Positions 50,901-64,000 of a stretch of 64,000 nt of DNA are shown in pieces. A model generated the notes under the pieces. That model had not been told where the DNA came from and ran no database searches. It saw only the letters and a list, made by a program, of their open reading frames with translations. Source of the DNA: Blasia pusilla (Eukaryota); the NCBI GenBank assembly GCA_050084515.1, contig CM114271.1:27280001-27344000 (forward strand), read 5' to 3'. Each line of letters starts with the position of its first letter. The first letter of the stretch is position 1. The position numbers were made by a program, and so were the translations under genes.

Positions 50901-53900
50901 CTTATATCAAACCCTACTAGCATAATATCCGTGCTATGCACAGGTGAAGATTTCCTAAAATTTGTTAAATTTGGTCCTATTAATTTAGTTATTCGCTTAA
51001 TCTCAACAACAAAAGAAATTTGAGACGACATGTGTCAACACGGAGAAGGGTTTTCTCTAACACCATCCTCTTTTACTTACATGGACGAGTTTGAACAGAG
51101 CGGACAATAACTATGATGCTACAAAGAGCGAGTAACTTTTTAATAGGTCGAATACTATGTTAATATAAGGTGTAGTAGAAGAATTACTTAGTAGTAAACA
51201 TACATAGCCGAGGACTGAGCCATAGCTAAGTGGCTAGTGTAGTGTCCTTGGTTGGCTATAAGTATGCATGGGATTGCATGAAATGAAAAAAATAATAGGG
51301 AGTGTAAACAAGTGAATTTAAATGCTCTTATATGAAGCTCATGGATATGAATAGGGTGGGTGAAAGTGCCACTCTCAAGTGGAAGGAAGGCTAGGCAAGT
51401 AAGCGCAGGTTGACGCAAGCTACATGCCACAAACGGGAATGGAAACACCACTAATCGAAAAGGTAGGAACGGACTAGATCTGATATTTTTTGTGATGGAA
51501 ATATCTACACAACCTGCAATGTTCATGACCAGCCTCCATAGATACACCTAGAGCATAGAAGCGGTAGAGTAGTCTGGGCAGTGCAATGGCGGTGGAACAA
51601 CATTGATACAAACTCATGGATAATTTTTTATCACAACCGATGAAGTCTAGTTTTTCCAAAATGAAAGCTTGTAGTTATTAATAGAAGAAAGGAAATATTT
51701 CGGGCGAGTTATGGTTTTAAACATAATCCCTTCACATGTATATATGCTTGTGTATAGAACTATAGGTAAGGCTTGTTGGTTGTGAGTTATTCTCCCGGTG
51801 ACCATTTGTATAAGTGGATGGAATCACGCTACAACTAGCAAGGTGGATAAATAAATATAATGTAAAGAACTGACTACAAGTTACTAAAAATATATCATTC
51901 CTAAAATATGTAGTAATAAGCAGCATGCCTTGTTCAAAAGCAGTGTCGAATTGTTATGTACTCAATGAGCAAGTCTTGAACTCACATGTTCTTATAGTCA
52001 TCATGCCCTTTAGAGATAAGAAAGAAGTTTTCCACGTGAGAGAACAAATTTATAATTCCTATAATATGTAGATATAAGCAACACAACATGTTGAAAAGTG
52101 GTGACCAAATGTTGTGTACTTAATGAACAAGTTTTGAACTCGGGTGTTTAGAAAACCACTATGCCTTTTATACTTTAGAAATAAGCTAGGCAACTAAGCA
52201 ACAAACTACTCCTTTGATAGAAACAAAAAATTCCCTGAGAGTATAGAGCTACCTACTTCAAAGTACATAAATATTGTAACTATGAAAAAAAAATGCTACT
52301 TTAGTTTCAATAGGATAGTGCTTGATACAATATTGATTAAGTAGTTAAAGCTCAAATGATATCTCCATGAGTTGTTGTCGAGCACCTATAATCTTATCTA
52401 TGCAAATGACCCTCGTTCTTGGTACCATACGACATCACTGACCTAAAAATGTTGTCGCGATCCTCACATGCATTCAACTAAGCTTTCATGATCTCAATAT
52501 TCTTGATGGCTACATCAAATAATGTTACAATTACATTATCAACAAAATGCCCATATTCATCAATGTCTCAAATGATAAGTTTCCTAGCTCACACCGGATT
52601 TCCTTTGGCATTTGACGGCAACATGTGGTGTATGCAAAATGGGAGTGGGGTAGCGACTACTCCTTGACTTGCTTGCAACATCCCTTATCTATACGTGAGA
52701 GGAGATCAATACGTTAGAGCCTCTGTAGGCGAAGGTGGTTGGATAGTAGTAGTGGCTATCAAAAGACTAATTAATGATGTAAAGGATATAACTGAAAAAA
52801 TAATCACATAGATAATTGTGAGCAAAAGGGTACAATGGGCTCAGGAAATATGTAAGGTAGTGCATGAATTTAGATAGCAAAGTATGTGTGAAAAATGTTA
52901 AGGAAACAAGATGGCTATAGTAGGGTCGATCTACTTCTTATGGTATGACATTGCTCACCATCAATAGTAGACAAACAAGCTCCAAGTTTTCTACGGTTTG
53001 ATGGCAAATGGGAAAAATAGAGATAGGAAGGGGAGATGGTTGCCCTTGAGTATGGGCAAGAGCAAAAATGAACCCTTGGTATGTTGATCCTTTAGTGCAG
53101 ATAGGCAATGAACGCCATCGGACACGCAGACAAGCGTATGCACAGAACCTAAACCAATCCAACTAGGTTTCTAGATGCTTATCGCCATTTGATATTATGG
53201 CTGATAGTGTTGGTGCCCATAAAAAACATTTGCACCTCAGTACATTCTTGTCATCCCTGGCCAAATTGATTGGGGTGATAGCCTCTTTTGTAACGTAGGC
53301 AACCAACAAACAAAGTGTGAGCATGATCACATGGTTGATAGTGCTATCGATGGAAAAATTAATTACATCCCTACCACTTTTGTGCTAGCTTAAGGTAGTA
53401 GTCCACATTTGTAGGCAACAAACGATAGGCGGTGAAGCATGCCCATTAACAAGTAGGAGCAGTTGTTGTCAGTAAGAACTAGTTGCGTAGACATAGATGT
53501 TGTAGAGAGAGTAAATGCCATAAATATCATACATCACCAAGACTAAAATGAGCTTCACTCCACAAACAAACAAAAAGCGAATCCAACGTTCTCTATGCTA
53601 TGTCATGGCATCCGGTGTATCTCCTAGTATGTAGCCTCATATCGCACCAATGGCCAAGTATTATCTGTAACCATTTCATTGACGCGCACACATACATACT
53701 AGATATTTGTGCTAGCTCAAGGTAGTCTTATCTAGTATCTAGATGTAGCCTCAGATAGCACCAATGGCCAAGTATTATATGTAAGCATTGCATTGACGCA
53801 CACACTACTCTATTGCTGCCAAAATTTGTGTGATGTTTCGCAACATTACTCCTTGTCGCATACTTAGAATGACCACATAGTAGAAAGAAGGTCAAGTCAT

Positions 53901-56900
53901 CTTGGACATTGGTATCCGTTGAAGGGATTCTTTCAAATAGATTTTGGAGACAATGTAGTAGTGTAGTATGGCTTACTTGATTTGCGCACCAACTCATGCC
54001 AACTATTAAAGAAGCGATAAAAGAGGCAAGTATACTGAAAGGTAGGATTTTCACACATCTCCCTCAAGGAATTTGTGGCACATTCGGAAGATCGTTGAAT
54101 TTTTTTCCATGAACTCTTGGGTGTCGTATCCCTAAGCTAAGCCTCTGACTTGGCATTGATCTAATGGTTTGCATAGGTACACATAAGCCTACCGACCATA
54201 TGGGCACCCTACCCTCTCTTCTCTTTGTGTCAGGGAGCGACGTGCCACCACAAGATTTACATGCAAGATTTATGCACTAATAGTGGGGGCCATGAAAATT
54301 CACATTTGAGATGATTGGGAATGAAAAGACTCACATATGGAGGATGATAATGTAAAGTTATTGGGCACATGATGAATTTCTAGAGTTTAACATTATAAAA
54401 TGAGAAAGATATTTTTTGTAATAATATATCTAAAACATTTCACAAATTCACATATTTTATTTTGTTGATTGGGGAAAAAAAGAAGTTGTTCCTTTTCCAA
54501 TCCTCGTCTTTCAATTGATAAAAGAAATCACTCATTTGAATTTCCCAAAATAGAGATGAAATGTTTCTCCCAATCAAACTTGAATATCAAATCTAATATT
54601 GATTTTTTTTCATAATTTTGAAGAATAATTCTTGTCTCAAATTTGTCCTATTATACTTTTTTCATGTTTTCCCAAAATCGGAATTAAATCCCCCTCCAAA
54701 CTAAACTTGAAAATTAAATTTGTAACAATGGGAAATTTTAATAAATTAATATTTTAAAAAAAGTAAAAATTAAAAGAAGGAATTAATCTTACTATTATAA
54801 CCTTCCCTTCATCATTTTCTTAATTTTACCCAATAAAGAAAAGGCTTCATGATTTGGCTCCATGGAAAAAATTTATATATCACTCATTAGTTAGTCCTCA
54901 AGACGAGGTAGCAACCTTAATAGTACAATATCATAAGTTCCTAAAATGATAAGTTTAATGGTGATACATCTACTCAATCCTCATAGTCATATGCTTAAGT
55001 GATATCAGTACATATGGACTTCAAATAATCATATTGTATTTAAAAAAAATTCACAAGTAGAAATACTTCTTTAGACTCATATATTAAATTACCGCTTGGA
55101 AAAATGGCTTACCCAAAGAGATACTGGTTTCTAGATCTCCAAAGTGAGAACCCCATGACCATATATGGGATCCAAGGGTGGCTTGGACTTTCCCTCGGTT
55201 AACTTTTAGTAGCCCTAAATTTTTTCCCATTGGTTGTCACATGAGATTAGGCACGACAAATCATCATAAATTATTTTTCTCATGAGGCAAGATAGTCTCA
55301 AGAAATTATTATACACAAAAATAATGTGGTTCAAAGCCGTGCAGATAACCAACATCCCCGTAGAAACCATAGATATAACTTGTTTTCTTACTATATTCAC
55401 ATTATCATTCCACAAATGATACACATTGAATTTTTCAAAAATTATGGTGTATTTTTTGCAATAATCTACTAGTTGATGCTTGTAGGATGCACGTGTTATA
55501 AATGATTGGTAATTTAAATTATCCATCATTACATTAAAACACGTTACCCATTAACTTAATTGACCCTAAAGATATGTGTTAGAATGACATTAGTTGAGAA
55601 CTCCAAGTGTCAAAAATCAAAAGAGCACTCTCTCAAAATACTATAGATTAATATATAGCCCATGCTATTCACAATTTTTTTGTTTCAAAGTAAGAAGGAA
55701 GGGAATTGAATTTTGTTTCCCAAAACAAAGAGTAATATCTCATGGCATTTTATTCAGGTCTCTTTTTCCTTGATGTAACTTATTAGGAAAACTCATACAA
55801 GTGCATACAAAGCATGTGATTTCTCGAGGTAGAACCATTGTCAAATTACAATGGTTTATAAGAAGTTTTTTTTTTATTTTACACTATTGCAAGACTAGGT
55901 GACAGACTCTACTTTTCAAAGCACGACCATATAGACAAACTTAAAGAGAGAATGTTGCCAATATGCATCCACCATTAAAGGCACCCAATACTTGAAACAT
56001 TTGTTCAGGAATTAAAATTTTCATGGGATCATATGTGAGAGCAATTTTTAGACACCTAAATCTCCAATACATCCACCTCATGGGTATATAAGCTAATTTA
56101 GGATTTGCTATCTATAATATTGTTTGACGACCATCTCCTCATTGGCGACACACCTCCATCTTACACAAGTTGTTAACAATATCTCCTATCTTAACACATT
56201 TTATTATCATTATATGTTACTTTTTCTTACGTACTATATATCCTTCATATACCATATAACAAATTGTTTTATGTTATTATACAATATCAATTCCCACAAA
56301 AATTTTATGGGATCACATGTTAGAGCTACAAATTTTATTTTGAAATTTTCCAGTGTGTTCACTAAAGTTCACTTTGTAACTCACGTGCTTGCAATATATC
56401 ATGTCTTTTATGATAGTTTGATAAGAATCCCCTTTGTTTTGGCTCATATGGAGTTATATAGAGAAATTTATTATTTCGGGGAAATTCTTATTAGGAGGGT
56501 AGATAACTTTCCACTTTGGAAGTGATCTTGACCTTGAATAGTTGGTCAAGAGTTAATGAGATAACCTACGAGCACATGTTATCATGGAGAGAGTATCACA
56601 TATTAGTTAGCTGATGGATAGAATTCTACCTCCTCAACGACATAGAGGATTAGCGGACTATTTGGGTGTGACTTAGTCTTGAGATGTTGGATGAGGTTGG
56701 TGAGAAGTCCATTACGTTGGGAGCGTTATTTTGTACGATTTCCATTTTTTCTATTTATGGCCAAATGGCATACGTTTTGTTGATTTCTTCATAATGAAGG
56801 GTGGGTGTGACTTGATATATCGATGTAGATTCCAGAGTGGAGTTGACCGTGTGAGTCATTTTTACTATGATTGTACATGAGAAAGATGTGTAGTGTCGAT

Positions 56901-57039
56901 GTATATGCGTGAGTATATTTTGTTTACAAGTGGATCAACCCGCTTGTTGGGAAGATCAATGTCATGTGATTTAGATATGATCAACCATGTGGATTTTGTA
57001 GTGATGTGTATGCTCATGACAAAATTTTGGGAGAGGGAA

Positions 57040-57161
57040 GGGGATATACCCAAAGAGAGTGATCTTTAGAGCTCATTCTCTCTTTGTTGAATCCTAAATA
57101 AGCTATGGTTCTCCATGTCCTACGAGTAACCCAAGCCTCTCATTAGGAGAGTGGGTTTGGT

Positions 57162-57221
<60 letters not shown>

Positions 57222-57350
57222 ATTTGTGTGAGAGCTCGTACACGGTCATTTCGGTGTTCAGATGCCATGAGTGAATATGGTACCTTGCGTGTTTGTGCTC
57301 GTAGTCGGTGATAATGATGTATGTTGTGTAGCGATGTGTATGCGTATGAA
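57040..57350 (+). mobile_element. Diverged partial LTR of the DNMT/PHD family in opposite orientation, containing a (GA)n expansion
   Basis: GTAACCCAAGCCTCTCATTAGGAGAGTGGGTTTGG and GATGTATGTTGTGTAGCGATGTGTATGCG are reverse complements of LTR segments. Confidence 0.8.
57162..57217. repeat. (GA)n microsatellite
   Basis: Direct reading. Confidence 0.98.
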
Positions 57351-58699
57351 AAATCTAATCTCAATTATTTGAGATATCTATCTATAGTAATTTATAAGAT
57401 ATTATCTTCTAATTCCAAGAGAGACTCTTGATGTCAAGCATATCTGCCCCTCCCATATCAAACTTACCTCATATAGTTAATTTTACACACAAGGTTTAAT
57501 TTCATTTCCTTCATCTAAGGTCTGGTTGGTGGTTACTCACTAGGTTGTCCATTCACATTTGTCCAACCACTAGTATTCTTTTGAGATTTGTCTAGAACTA
57601 TTAACTTTGTAATTAGCTAGTTTGTTGCCCTTTTCTTTTAACATTTCTCATCTACTTACCGTCTTGAAATACAATTGCATTTATTTTGTCCTTTTTTAAA
57701 AAATTGATTATTTTTCTAGAGTGTCCAGCCAATTTTTGAATATCTCTTCTTTCGACATTTGATATTTTAAGCAAATAAAGTTATGATATGTGTCTTGGGC
57801 TAAGTTAGAAACAATTTGGGCGTCAAGTTGGGATCCATTGGTGATTAATACTAGGTCAGTTAAATTACCCATCATTATTCCATAACCCACGACTACGTAC
57901 TAGTTTATTTTTATCTATATAATAATTGACAATCACATATGCATAATACGACAAGATAGCGAGACAATAAGACAAAATAGTTAACACTCTTGAATTTTGT
58001 TTCCTTAGCCTCGTTAGATGGGTACAAATAGGAAAAGGAAAAGAATAGGATTTGAATGGAATATATATTAATCAATTAGTAATTAATTTAGTATTATAAT
58101 GGATAATTATAAATATTAATAAAATATAATTAATATGATAAATAACCAAAAATTTAGAATTTTTACCTCAATTCATATTTGATGGAAAAAGGAAATAAAA
58201 ATATAATGAAGGAGTAGATTTTTTTAAAATTTTATGGAAAGATAAAATTACTTAGTGTATTGGGATATCATTTAAATTTGAATGGAGGATTATAATTACT
58301 AAGAACAGTGAAATGTTATAACTCTTCTAAGATTTTAGAAAATAGAAATCATAATTAAAATTTGAAATAAATAGCATGATCATTTTAAGAAATAATTATA
58401 TTAATTCATATGTTATATTTTGGGGAAGGAAAAGAATTTGAATGGAAAAGGAAAATAATTTCGTTAATTAAAATTAGATAAGATTTTGGTTAGTGAATGT
58501 TTTGTTGGTGTGAAGAAAAATTATTGTTTGAGCTTTTACGAAGGAGTGAAATTATTCAAGGGAGATGGATGTTATTTAAAAGTGAAAATTTCTTACTCTT
58601 TTAAGATTTTAAAAAATAGAAATTACACTCAAAATTCAATTTAGAAATTTAAACATAATTAATTTTTTTTATTGACACCTGTTTTTTAAGGCCCTATTA

Positions 58700-58850
58700 A
58701 CATGTGGTTATTGGACAAGAAACAAAATTTTCACGTGTTATGGACAGAAAAGAAAAAGTTTGAATTTGTGTGCAGCATCATTAATCCATTCACTAATAAA
58801 AGCTCTTCAAACATTTTTTTATTTTCCGTGCATCGTACGGATACCTTAGT
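58700..58850 (+). mobile_element. Helitron-like 3' terminus (second copy)
   Basis: Hairpin CCGTGCATCGTACGG followed by ATACCTTAG|T. Homologous to 29925-30090. Confidence 0.6.
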
Positions 58851-59550
58851 GATAATCTATATTACTAAGTGAAAGTGCTCATGCTACTAAAAATTATCAT
58901 CAGATTTAAAGTAATTAGACAATCCATTAAGGTCTTATCTCCCCACTCCCTTTCACAATTGCAAATCCTTCCGTTGAAGATTCCATTCTTTAGGACCCCT
59001 ACTACTAGACCATATTAAGTGGTTTTTTTTTCTCTCTTGAGTCCATGTTTTCCAGTAGCCTCTATGTGCTAAATCTATTATGGCCTCAACACATAGGTGC
59101 TACATCTATGAATAGAGATGTCAGCCAATTAAATAAAGACATTTCGATTCATTCCATTTCATATTAATATTTTCAATTCTCTCCACTCATGTTAATTTTT
59201 TCTTTATTCTCAATTTTAGTATTCCGTTTACTCACTCCATTCCATGTGTTTTTAATCTTTCTATCCATATGGTGTTAGTGTTTCTTTTTCACTCTCTCCA
59301 TTCCGTTAGTATCATGTTTATGGTTCCATGTCCAATTTTCCTCCCCGGTTTAAAAAAACTTAAAAGATATGTACCACATAACATTACACACTTATTTTAT
59401 TTTATTATTATGGTATGTAACACACGCTTAGTAAAGTGGATTTATATATCTAATTGCTACGGAACATCTACACTAAACCCGCAGATTCATATCTACTCCC
59501 GCCTCTTCTAACAGCGCTGCAGTGCAGCGCAAGGAGGGGAGGGGAGGGCT

Positions 59551-60427
59551 ATGGCGATGGCTGTGGCTGTGGCAGGAGGTGCCGTGAGTCGGCCATCTCT
59601 TTGCTGCTTGTCGTCCCCAGCGCCTTCGGCGAATCAGAATTGTGCCAATGTACCGGTCTGCGACGGGGGCTTTCGGGTGCAGCGATTGCAGAGTGAGCTT
59701 CGGTCTGGCTGCAGGAAAGGAGGAGGTGGAAGATTGAAACCCAAACGGGTGGAAGTACTCTGGGGAGTGGCGGTCGCGTCGCTGAAGGTAGATTTCGTTC
59801 CTGTCTTGGTCGCAGTGGTATGTGCCAAAAATACCGCACGTTTTCTGTACTGGTCTTTCCGTGGCGCGGAGACGACGATGCGACTGGTTGTGAGGTGAAT
59901 TTTGGTTGAATTATGAATCTCAAGTTTGATGGTTTGAGTCTGCTCCTACCGCGACACCCTTGGATTCGGAAGCTGTGTAGGATACTCCATCTCATGGAGA
60001 AGGTTGTGTAATTGGCAGTGACATGAACTCCTTGCACATGGTCGAAGGTGGGAACGGCGGCTCTACGACGATGGCTTCTGCTGCAAACCTCATGATTTGC
60101 AAACCTGTGGATGAAAGTCTTGTGGAGAAACGATGAAATGAAACGACAGTCGTCTGTAAATTCCCACGAGAATTCCTTGAGCTTCGCCGAAGTAACTGTT
60201 TGTATCAACTCTTAGGATTGTAAGAATGAGTACGCTGCCCGCAGCTTCAATTCTGAGCAAGGCGCCTGAAATTTCAAGGGCATGGCAAATCGAAGAGCTC
60301 CAGGGAGAGTGCTATAAACAGCAGAAAAGCTCTGAGAAGTTGGTTTTGTGCATGCACAATGGTTCCACGAGATATACATTCCGAAGTCCTTGATGAATTG
60401 AAAGCCAGCCTTGTGTGGTGACTGACG

Positions 60428-60518
<91 letters not shown>

Positions 60519-61746
60519 CTTGCTGCAACATGTGTGGCTTCTACAGGCTGAAAGAAGCTGGAAACATTGTTCTCTTGAGCAGGATGCGGAACAGTTGGTA
60601 AAGTCGGGGGTTGTGCGAAACGTGGCGCCAGAAGATGTCTCAGGTCTGCTCTCTCGAGGGGAATACAAGCTGTTGGACGTTCGGCCTATTTGGGAACGAG
60701 AGAAAGCTCATGTGGCAGGTTCATATCACGTGCCTCTGTTCGTAGAGGACATGAGCACAGGTGCCCTACCACTGCTGAAGAAAGGCATACAAATGGGCCA
60801 AGGGGGATGGTGGATCGGGCTTAAACTCACCACCAGGAACGACCAGTTTCTCCAGCAAGTGCTGGCCAAAGTCCCGCAGAAGGAGAAGCTTCTGGTTGCT
60901 TGCGGAGAAGGCTTGAGGTGAGCTCTGTGGGTCCAGTTCTAGCGCGCTGTTCATTTCCGTCGTAGAGACCCCAAATGGTGACTTTTCATTCATAGGTTGC
61001 CTTTTTCTCCTTTTGTTGGTTTGGGAAGGAGAGTTCCACGAACCGGTCTCATTGCCCTTTTCTCATTGTGCAAGTTGGGGTTAGGTGAGACAATTCGTTC
61101 GCATTCAGCCGTAGAGGACCTTTGTAGAGAAATTCGTACTGGTCGACCGGTTAATTCTGCTGGGCTTCGTGGAGGGTGGAGCTGGCGAAGAAACGTTTAA
61201 CAAAGATCTAGTACTTGTCGGTTCTAGTAGTAGATTGCCTGTTGGAATGCAATCGTTGTGACTGCGTCTGGTTAGCTCAAAGGAATTCAGATCAAGGTAC
61301 AACTGGACCTGCCATGGTGGAGCGTGCAAATGCACCACAGTCAAGTGAAGAAGACTGTTTGGAAGCCCCACCTGATTAGCGTGGTAGAGGACGCCTTGAG
61401 GAGTGTGCTGTCTGCGATTGGCATGAATAGTCAGTCGCTCGGAGGCTTGGGTTGACTGTCACAGGCAGATCCGTCATCGGCAGCCACAGTGTTTCAGTCT
61501 CTCATGGTGAGTCGTGTGCAAACTTGTTTGTGATTTGGCAGGTCGTTGCTGGCTGTAGAGGAGCTCTCAGATGCTGGCTATGGACAACTGGGATGGCTCC
61601 GAGGAGGATTCAACAGTGTGAGAGATGACGCTATCGACAATGTTCGAGGAACCACGCGGCTCCGTTTCGCCACTTTAGGAGGCGTCTCCGAGTATCTTCT
61701 TAAAATCGCCCTGTTTTTCCAGAGCCTGAGACGCTCTGCCAACTGA
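59551..61746 (+). CDS. STR10: Rhodanese-like domain protein, STR10-like, probably plastid-targeted. Exons 59551-59787, 60547-60917, 61542-61746
   Basis: GT-AG model keeps frame: LVKSGVVRNV.P..YKLLDVRPIWEREKAHV.GS.HVPLFVED..LLKK..LVACGEGLRSLLAV..GYGQLGWL.GGFN. Ala/Ser/Arg-rich N-terminus. The exon 1 donor is the least certain boundary. Confidence 0.88.
60430..60516. repeat. Compound (CT)n(CA)n microsatellite in STR10 intron 1
   Basis: Direct reading. Confidence 0.98.
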
Positions 61747-62919
61747 TCGGAGCTCGAAAAGTGACATGCAGTAAAGCTCGGCACGCTCACACTCGAATTG
61801 CACAATGCATCTCTCTGATTCAGATGACCAGGGACACCGTCGCATCATCCTTTTGGTAGGAACTTGATTACTGTAATGACCATTTTCTCTCAACCGCCCC
61901 AGATTTTCTAGCTTGGGGGTTATGCAGGCAGGAGTAGAATAATAAATCCATGTGCGCACATGGATTCTTTCTAGTTCGCCACGCGATAACCACAAAGTTA
62001 CTCCGGTAGTAAACCTGAGGACAATGACGAATAGAAAGTCATTATTTTAGTGGCATCTTGCAAGATGTCTCCCGTGAACAATATGCGCTGTGCTATCGGA
62101 TATTCTCCATCGGTGGCGACATTTATAAGTGATAATGTTAGTAAACATCCAAAATTTCCTTTCGTTATAACTCGATGAATCCAGATCAAGTTCCAACTCT
62201 GGAGCCTGCAACAGTCAAGTAACGAAGGCCGTCTGGAAACTCCCACCTGATTGGCATGGTAGAGGACGCCCTGGGCAGTTCTGTCTGGACAGTCAGTAGT
62301 TCGGAGCCTTGGGTTAAATGTTACACGGACCCAACAAATTTTACCCAGAACATCTTCATCTATCTAGTAGATTAGAATGTTCCAAGCAGGGTAATTACAA
62401 TTGAGAAGGAAAATACATCATTTAAATAATACACTATTTCCAATCCGTCGAAGGCAAAATTTTTGCTCATTAAGTCCACTTGGTATGCTCAATTAAGTTA
62501 CACAAATCACATTTTCTATCTATCTAGAAAAAATCTTTTTTCTCCTGCAATTACAATAGGCCGACAGACCATACCCTACTACTACCAGAAGACAAATGTG
62601 TCTTCATTTCTCTGACCAGCTTGCAAAGTTCTTAGCTACATCACGTGACTGGAGGCAGCTTCTCGGGAGTACAATCCAGTGATGACAGACAGCAATGAAC
62701 CTTTCCCCACTTAGTTACTCCTTGATAGATCAAGAAGCATCCCTTGCAGCTGTGGTGGAGTTGAAGTGCAGTTTTGCTTTGCACTAGAGAGACATGCTTC
62801 AGAGGTAATGAACCCCAATTTCACATGAAATACCCGGGAAAAACTAAGTTGTGTCAATGACAGCCATACCATCCAGTCAAGTAAGCTAAAATACCAACTT
62901 CACTTTAGAAGGTTGGGAC

Positions 62920-63853
62920 TTATGATACACTTTCAATTGCCATACCAAGAGCCCATGCAGCTTCCACAGGTGCACCATGATATTTCACCTTCTTGACCAG
63001 GGTTATATGTTCGTCACGTCCAACTCCTGAGTTGAATCAAACAGTAATGTCAGTGGAGTTAAATAACAAAGACCACTGATCTTCCAGGGTTCATTTTTAT
63101 CATAAATGTCAGTAGTAATATCCGGGAGACCAATTTCACATATACTGGAAAACTACAAATACTTCATACACAGCAAACTCAATTTCCACTTGATCTTCCA
63201 AAGATTTTCAAGAAACAAATCTGATGACTCACCGAATCCTTCAACAAGAAGAACATATTGATACAGAAGGTCCATGCAGAAGTACGGGGCATCTGCAGGT
63301 GAAATGCTGTAAGCTGTAGAAACATCGTCGATGTTTTTACTACAAACTCTTAACGCAGCCTTCTCAAAATCTACAGCTTTGATTGTAGCCTCTATGGCTG
63401 CAGCATCTTTGATGATTCCGGCCTGGCCATCAATCAAAGTAGTATTAGGTCTTGAAGCATAGGACATCACATCAACAAATAAACCCAGCAGAAGTGCAAG
63501 ACTCCACTCTGCCACTTTATACAAGTAGTTCAGGAATCAAGTAGTATCCATCACCAAATCCAACCACAACACAAAATTATGATTAATAGATCTGTTACTG
63601 TGTGAGTCTGAAACCAATACTTCTGTCAAAAGTCTTACCTCCAGGGCCCTGTCAAAAAAAAATGAGGCAACAAGGAGCTTCTTTCTTCCATCTCCACCAC
63701 CTCCACTCCAGATCCCTCCAAAAGTACACTGCATGCTTGCGCAGGCATCATCTTTCCTAAGAGCTGCCAATATAGTTGCTTTGCAGCTCTTGATATGTGC
63801 ACCATCTGGCCCAGCAACTGCTTTATGCTGATCACCACCGTAGGAGTAGTATC
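62920..63853 (-). CDS. APY: Apyrase (GDA1/CD39 family), last three exons 63853-63639, 63422-63233, 63026-62920; the gene continues beyond the window
   Basis: CTFGGIWSGGGGDG..VASFFFDRA; DFEKAA..C..PYFCMDL.YQY.LLVEGFG; ITLVKKVKY..VEAAWALG.AIE (ACR5). GT-AG junctions are in frame. Confidence 0.93.
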
Positions 63854-64000
63854 CTAGGTTATACGCCAGGCAAATACTCAGTCCCAACATATGAGGAAGA
63901 TGACTGACTCCCTCATCCAGACACCACTACTCTTGCACAGCGTTAGGTAATCTTGGGATCACACATGTACATTGAATCAGATTTTCCCACAACATACCAC

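Noticed and set aside
59549-60208. 219-aa minus-strand ORF
   Set aside because: Antisense to STR10 exon 1 and intron 1, with no motif.
1-64000. CRISPR arrays, rRNA or tRNA genes
   Set aside because: No repeat-spacer array or recognisable structural RNA was seen by eye.

Overview
Eukaryotic, intron-containing plant DNA. The host is inferred to be a non-seed land plant, though a streptophyte alga is not excluded. Four host genes are present: cytosolic ribulose-5-phosphate 3-epimerase (8 coding exons, including a 5-nt microexon), an intronless NOT4-type RING protein, an STR10-like rhodanese, and the 3' end of an apyrase. They sit among nested transposons. The most striking element is a decayed Ty3/Gypsy LTR retrotransposon (minus strand, about 859-13150). 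Its polyprotein reads protease - C5 cytosine DNA methyltransferase (DNMT3/DRM-like motifs I-X in order) - RT - RNase H - integrase - PHD finger. In two independent copies of this family, the 3' LTR is preceded not by a polypurine tract but by a 128-bp duplicate of the LTR's own end, joined through a palindromic CA-nn-TG junction. A chromovirus nested in its LTR has intact TSDs but asymmetric termini: a 998-bp LTR at one end and only about 320 bp of it at the other. Also present are a near full-length CRE-clade non-LTR retrotransposon, solo LTRs with 4-bp TSDs, Helitron-like 3' ends and microsatellites. All calls come from manual reading and translation; no searches were run.
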